Shown: piece by piece, positions 8,201-11,024 of the stretch | How the letters are laid out: every line of letters starts with the position of its first letter | Numbering within the stretch: position 1 is the stretch's first letter | Assembly (NCBI GenBank): GCA_011364905.1 | Contig: RDNZ01000066.1 | Coordinates: forward strand, 1 to 11,024 | Source: Candidatus Thorarchaeota archaeon | Lineage (GTDB): Archaea > Asgardarchaeota > Thorarchaeia > Thorarchaeales > Thorarchaeaceae | Reading direction: 5' to 3' | DNA length: 11,024 nt | Position numbers and translations under genes: made by a program | Notes under the pieces: generated by a model | Seen by the model: the letters and a program-made list of their open reading frames with translations, nothing else | The model's database searches: none | Told to the model about the DNA's origin: nothing

Positions 8201-8289
8201 TGGCTATCGGCATTTCGGTTGCAAGTGTAGGATTTGCAGTGATTGTCATAATCATGGCTAGAGCCGGCAAGTTGTCACGGAAGACTTAG
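5260..8289 (+). CDS. Large membrane-anchored surface glycoprotein: signal/TM, DUF4350/GIFT-like domain, CARDB, NosD-like right-handed beta-helix, Ig/cadherin-like repeats, C-terminal TM
   Basis: Hydrophobic segment at aa ~31-48. VLWDMAHG...DFVLGGGGLLVMAD...GKIVCMSD marks the GAT-like fold, and HDL...VLNTGT...GESRTEDN marks CARDB. It also has the GWPGNGTLDDPYRIE cap and Asn-ladder repeats. The C-terminal TM is followed by a basic tail (RAGKLSRKT). More than 20 N-x-S/T sequons. Confidence 0.88.
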   Translation: MENIKGDFQNWISKRTGQERILRPSLTRRVPILVAICIGVLLFSAISVPSNGRYPSIADSRLLPTDASTRNNLQSNTTPADENIHVLWDMAHGNQAPSQFSILIAEIGSQGFVTDTLSSGPINASTLQAYNVLVIAQPSLSYSTNETDTIHDFVLGGGGLLVMADLDVSILNNLTDFAGIDWIAASGGIAGPYDVYHPVTEGLESFRDTTAQAQLNVTWPAIGLMGFYSGQQLLAASQIGQGKIVCMSDNDMVSNSYSDDNLGLGVNSFLWLAESTQEHDLWAYVHSWTPTQPTYETPVTITVLNTGTSTENYVIVKLYQDGQQVFAELFPALNRSTLYAYDYGWTPSRSGFYNLTVVVEPAPGESRTEDNQHSFLIQVVDFTIQILSDNDFVSQGWPGNGTLDDPYRIEGLYIMTYFGQTTGITIHNTRANFTIQNCTIVDIYDTTDGTGIDLANVTNGVIFNNTFPMGLNGVHIQNCSHISISNSSFTQYSEAIHVEESADLTIEQNRLVGPDTGMNLLSANFSRIMNNTLSRNTWGLILGSQSNNVTASWNEFNCTNNVEDDGTQNTVSENYYTDYSGIDSNYDGFGDTSYPLIGTAGSEDPKPLILPLKGPFISWSIAPSDVTIQYYEPLQMDLEAVGYSAVAGYWVNNTAIVTIDGNGVLTNVTEIPAGVYALEVRGLDHYGHYCSAFFTLTVQDNDSPLWTQELTTQTVEVGDTLYYDLNATDFSGLDTWWVNDTSRFSISSEGVVTANTLLSVGTYHIMVYVNDTLGHVLTGNIRIDVVDTQAPVWVFVPDAVHVTYGEDATFVIQAQDYSGIDHYWVNDTARFSVDANGVVTSIVSLPCGQIPLEIRAYDGYGHYSTADTVIVVLDVTVPTITHPEDLTYTAGEVGNSIVWHATDDNPRTYQVLRDGAVVREGLWNSSSEQIAVSVDGLAAGLYSYSLRVSDAGGHMMSDSVLVTVLATTTGAGGTLEIPTMLAIGISVASVGFAVIVIIMARAGKLSRKT
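7108..7890 (+). repeat. Three tandem 87-aa (261-nt) Ig/cadherin-like coding repeats
   Basis: The Trp codon of the WVN motif recurs at 7207, 7468 and 7729, exactly 261 nt apart. Shared pattern: W-x30-WVN(N/D)T...GV(L/V)T...G...D..GH...V.D...P. Confidence 0.85.
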
Positions 8290-8519
8290 TATTATAGCCT
8301 TCAAACTTGCCTTATCACAATGATGCGGGAAACTTGTGTAACAACAATCCTTGCTGAACGAACCTCACACAAAGGAGCTATAAACAGGACACTGTAGCAG
8401 CTCCTGTACTTAAAGACGAGTCTAAATAAAAGTTCGAAGAACAAGTTTGCCCAGTAACGACCCGTGAGTTGGTCAAAAGGCATATTTGTTCACAGGAGTA
8501 AAGGCAATAGGGGAAATAA

Positions 8520-8756
8520 TTGATCTCAATTGTTAGAGCACCAAAGTGGGCCTATCTTGTGAGTGGTATTCTGATCGTGATGAGTGGCATTCTTGGCATC
8601 TTCGTTGTCAACGTTGTGTTTTCACTTCTGGGAATACCCACCCTTTGGGAGATAGCAATCCAAATGCAAATGCTTTACATCATATTCCCGCTAGGAGTTC
8701 TAAGTATACTACTAATGTTGACAATGGCACTATTGCTGACTAGGAAAAAGGACTAA
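8520..8756 (+). CDS. Small hypothetical membrane protein (2 TM helices)
   Basis: 78 aa with a TTG start after a purine-rich tract, two long hydrophobic runs and a basic C-terminus (TRKKD). Confidence 0.7.
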   Translation: MISIVRAPKWAYLVSGILIVMSGILGIFVVNVVFSLLGIPTLWEIAIQMQMLYIIFPLGVLSILLMLTMALLLTRKKD

Positions 8757-9006
8757 GCACTGCAGATTCTCACAACAATGGAATTCATCAACATATGCCT
8801 TCTTAATGAGATTTCATCAATCGTTAGTGGTGGAAAGAGTATCATATGAAGGAACTATAGGTAAGGCTATTTCCAACCTCGCACGTTGGTAAGACTCTGC
8901 GTACAATCAGGATGATTGAGAGTCACTCAGAAGAAGTTAATAGATATACAGTCGAACTAGTGCGATAATAGCCATTACCATTTTGTGGTAGCACACGTGA
9001 TGTATT

Positions 9007-9918
9007 ATGAAAAAGCATCCTCTTGAAGGAGAATCTATTCCTCGTTCTCACACATATCGTCCCTCTAATCTTCATATCGTGGTGCGAAAGATAGCCTACG
9101 AGTACCAAACATCACTAGAAGCCAACCGCTATTGGTTTAACAACGATCCGATTGGAACTCATTTTATCAATGCATTACAATCAACCTTTCCAGATGGCGA
9201 GCTGTTCTTTATTCAAGCAGCAGTTGATGGTGCCCGAATTCTTAGGCAGCACGGAAGTATTGACAATCAAATGGAGCAGGATCTGAAATCATTTCAACAG
9301 CAAGAGGCGCATCACAGTCAACAACATAGACTATGGAACAAAGCACTCATCCAGATAGGCTATGAAAAGCTTGCTTTGTATGACAATAATTTGCACAACT
9401 TTGATGTATGGTCCCGCAAGCATATTCCCGCAAAATTACGACTCGCAGTCACAGCCGCAGCTGAACATTACACGGCCTCCATCGCCTATCTTTTCACCTA
9501 TGTCAATCAAGACCTTCTTAGGAAGTCAGACGCTCCTTTCAGCAGTCTTCTTCTTTATCATGCAATGGAGGAAATAGAACACAAAAGCGTGTGCTTCGAC
9601 CTTTCTCAGATGCTTTCTAGGAGCTATATGATGCGCATAATCAGTTTGGTCTTTATTTCATTTGATCTTGCAATTAACATATTCATGCGGATGAGATACT
9701 TGTTAAAGAAAGATGGTCTATGGGGGTGGAGACACAAGGTGAAGTTTTGGAGGTTTTTCTTAGGAAGAAACGGGCTGTTGAAAGGTCTGCTCCCAAGAAT
9801 TCTGCAGTACTTGCGACCATCATTTCATCCCTGGAGGACCGATGAAAGGAAAGGAATTGAACACATCTTCGGGGATCTAATGATAAGGGATCATATAGAA
9901 CCGTTTAAGCTTGACTAA
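9007..9918 (+). CDS. PF10118 'predicted metal-dependent hydrolase' family; ferritin-like diiron protein
   Basis: Motifs WFNNDP..THFINALQSTFPDGELFFI, QEAHHSQQH, AAEHYTA, HAMEEIEHKSVCFD and the C-terminal YLRPSFHPW. Confidence 0.88.
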   Translation: MKKHPLEGESIPRSHTYRPSNLHIVVRKIAYEYQTSLEANRYWFNNDPIGTHFINALQSTFPDGELFFIQAAVDGARILRQHGSIDNQMEQDLKSFQQQEAHHSQQHRLWNKALIQIGYEKLALYDNNLHNFDVWSRKHIPAKLRLAVTAAAEHYTASIAYLFTYVNQDLLRKSDAPFSSLLLYHAMEEIEHKSVCFDLSQMLSRSYMMRIISLVFISFDLAINIFMRMRYLLKKDGLWGWRHKVKFWRFFLGRNGLLKGLLPRILQYLRPSFHPWRTDERKGIEHIFGDLMIRDHIEPFKLD

Positions 9919-10676
9919 GTTGGATACCAATGTTCAGCTCTCTCCCAGTAATACATGAATAGGTCTCGCGTCCATTTGAGGAATTTTTCGTCTTTTCCAA
10001 AGAAACCGATATAGTCCATCTCTCCATCACGTCTACGGAAATTGACGCAGGACTCTTTCTCATTAATTAGGAACGTGACGCATATTCGATCAAGCAACCT
10101 TCTTTCCTTTAAGGATTCAACCTCTGGAGTGATTTTTACTGTCTTCGCAAGTTCTTGCTGCATAATGAACCGAAATTGTAGTCCTTTGGATACCTTCTCG
10201 TTTGTTGCTTGAATATGACTTGATTCTACTTGCTCCGCCATGGCCCAAATGTACTCATCGGCCTCATATACTATCTCTCTGACTCGATTGAAATTAGTGA
10301 CAGTATCTCCACAAAACTCTCCGTGTGACAACTCGCCAAGCCTGTTTACAAACTCATAAGGAAGGCAGGAAAGATCATGTTCCAAGAAGTAGTTCGCGTG
10401 TTCCAGAATAAAATCTAGATTCTTGAGAAGACCGATTGACATGGCACCGAGAGATGTTATTGCATATGTGCCATCTACTCTCTTCTCAAGAAGTTTCGAT
10501 TCGCTGAGTCTCTGTAAGTGCCTAAAGGTCTCAGTGACATTCATATCCAGAGTTTTGGCTATTTGCTGCATCTTGAGGTTCTTCTTTTCTACCTCAAGAA
10601 GGATGCTCACTCTTCGGTCACTAGCAAGCTCGAACAGGATTTTCGAGATTCTTTCGGCTCCTTCATCGTTAGACAT
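9915..10676 (-). CDS. Archaeal ArsR-type winged-helix regulator with C-terminal DUF1724-like domain
   Basis: N-terminal LFELASDRRVSILL...RHLQRLSESKLLEK...YAITSLG, followed by YFLEHDLSCLP...RLGEL and WTRDLFMYYWERA. ATG 10676 (MSNDEG) is preferred over 10715. The stop overlaps the convergent gene's stop at 9915-9918. Confidence 0.85.
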   Translation of the reverse strand: MSNDEGAERISKILFELASDRRVSILLEVEKKNLKMQQIAKTLDMNVTETFRHLQRLSESKLLEKRVDGTYAITSLGAMSIGLLKNLDFILEHANYFLEHDLSCLPYEFVNRLGELSHGEFCGDTVTNFNRVREIVYEADEYIWAMAEQVESSHIQATNEKVSKGLQFRFIMQQELAKTVKITPEVESLKERRLLDRICVTFLINEKESCVNFRRRDGEMDYIGFFGKDEKFLKWTRDLFMYYWERAEHWYPT

Positions 10677-10681
10677 AGTAT

Positions 10682-10703
10682 AATTTCGCACCCGTCCGAA
10701 ATT
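10682..10703. promoter_or_regulatory. Inverted repeat AATTTCG-N8-CGAAATT, putative operator of the ArsR/DUF1724 regulator
   Basis: Perfect 7-bp arms located 5 nt upstream of ATG 10676, in a divergent intergenic region. Confidence 0.45.
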
Positions 10704-10768
10704 TTTCGTATTCATGTCAATTAAAGATTATCACATACTCCATCCATGTCTGTCTTGAGGATCAAGAA

Positions 10769-11024
10769 ATGAAAATCCAAGACAACGAAAACCTCGAACG
10801 CAGCTTCTCAATTGAGCTGAACTATGACAAGCACAATCTCTCGACCCTCTCAACTGACGTGCACGACGGCGTCTTAATAGAAGGAACTCTGGGGACACTG
10901 CAACATGCCACATTTGTAGAGCCTGAAATACTTGAAGTGAAGGGTAGTTGCGGAGTCCTGAGGGTAAACCTGTGGAGAAGCGAAATTACTGTCATGGATA
11001 CAACCGACAAACGCACAGGAGGTG
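10769..11024 (+). CDS. Small archaeal hypothetical protein (beta-rich), running off the right edge
   Basis: Hand translation: MKIQDNENLERSFSIELNYDKHNLSTLSTDVHDGVLIEGTLGTLQHATFVEPEILEVKGSCGVLRVNLWRSEITVMDTTDKRTGG.... GAGGA lies upstream of the ATG. The window ends in GGAGGTG, a likely SD for the next gene. Confidence 0.75.
   Translation, partial: MKIQDNENLERSFSIELNYDKHNLSTLSTDVHDGVLIEGTLGTLQHATFVEPEILEVKGSCGVLRVNLWRSEITVMDTTDKRTGG

Noticed and set aside
8320-8358. ATGATGC...CTGA as a possible C/D box sRNA
   Set aside because: The C box is imperfect, the span is too short, and no D'/C' pair is evident.
1049-9917. Selenocysteine (TGA) or pyrrolysine (TAG) readthrough at gene ends, e.g. 1049-1051, 4382-4384, 8287-8289 and 9915-9917
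   Set aside because: Each stop falls at the natural C-terminus of its family. I saw no interrupted domain and no convincing SECIS.
3094-10724. Remaining nested or antisense ORFs (3094..3312, 4901..5138, 5283..8270 set, 8301..8483, 8546..8743, 8923..9108, 9362..9577, 10423..10724)
   Set aside because: They overlap better-supported genes, or lack motifs and translation signals.
10731-11016. Minus-strand ORFs 10731..10913 and 10822..11016
   Set aside because: They are antisense to the plus-strand ORF from 10769, which has an SD and protein-like composition.
1-11024. CRISPR array, tRNA/rRNA, transposase/integrase, DGR-type template/variable repeats
   Set aside because: By eye I saw no near-identical nucleotide repeats, cloverleafs or recombinase/RT motifs. 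The 261-nt repeats are similar mainly at protein level.

Overview
Archaeal-looking chromosomal window, most consistent with an Asgard (Thorarchaeia-like) genome. That assignment is inferred from protein style, not proven. I find about 12 genes in mixed orientation. Three are missing from the supplied ORF track: a left-edge CPBP/CAAX-protease-like membrane gene (-, 1..414), a 56-aa DUF1059 Cys2-His2 protein (-, 4382..4552) and a right-edge hypothetical gene (+, 10769..>11024). The others encode a DinB metalloprotein, a dihydropteroate-synthase-like/DUF4346 protein, a DUF2284 Cys-rich protein, an HxlR-like regulator, a PH-like hypothetical, a 1009-aa multidomain surface protein, a small 2-TM protein, a PF10118 'metal-dependent hydrolase' and an ArsR/DUF1724-type regulator. 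The best leads are: (i) the 'hydrolase' carries the full AurF-type seven-ligand diiron pattern; (ii) the surface protein combines a GIFT/IFT52-like domain, CARDB, a beta-helix and three exact 87-aa cadherin-like repeats; (iii) the DHPS-like protein has a methyltransferase-type pterin pocket; (iv) there are several operator-like inverted repeats. I saw no CRISPR array, tRNA, rRNA, transposase or recoding signal, and no clear multi-gene novel system. All family calls come from motif recognition by eye, with no searches run.
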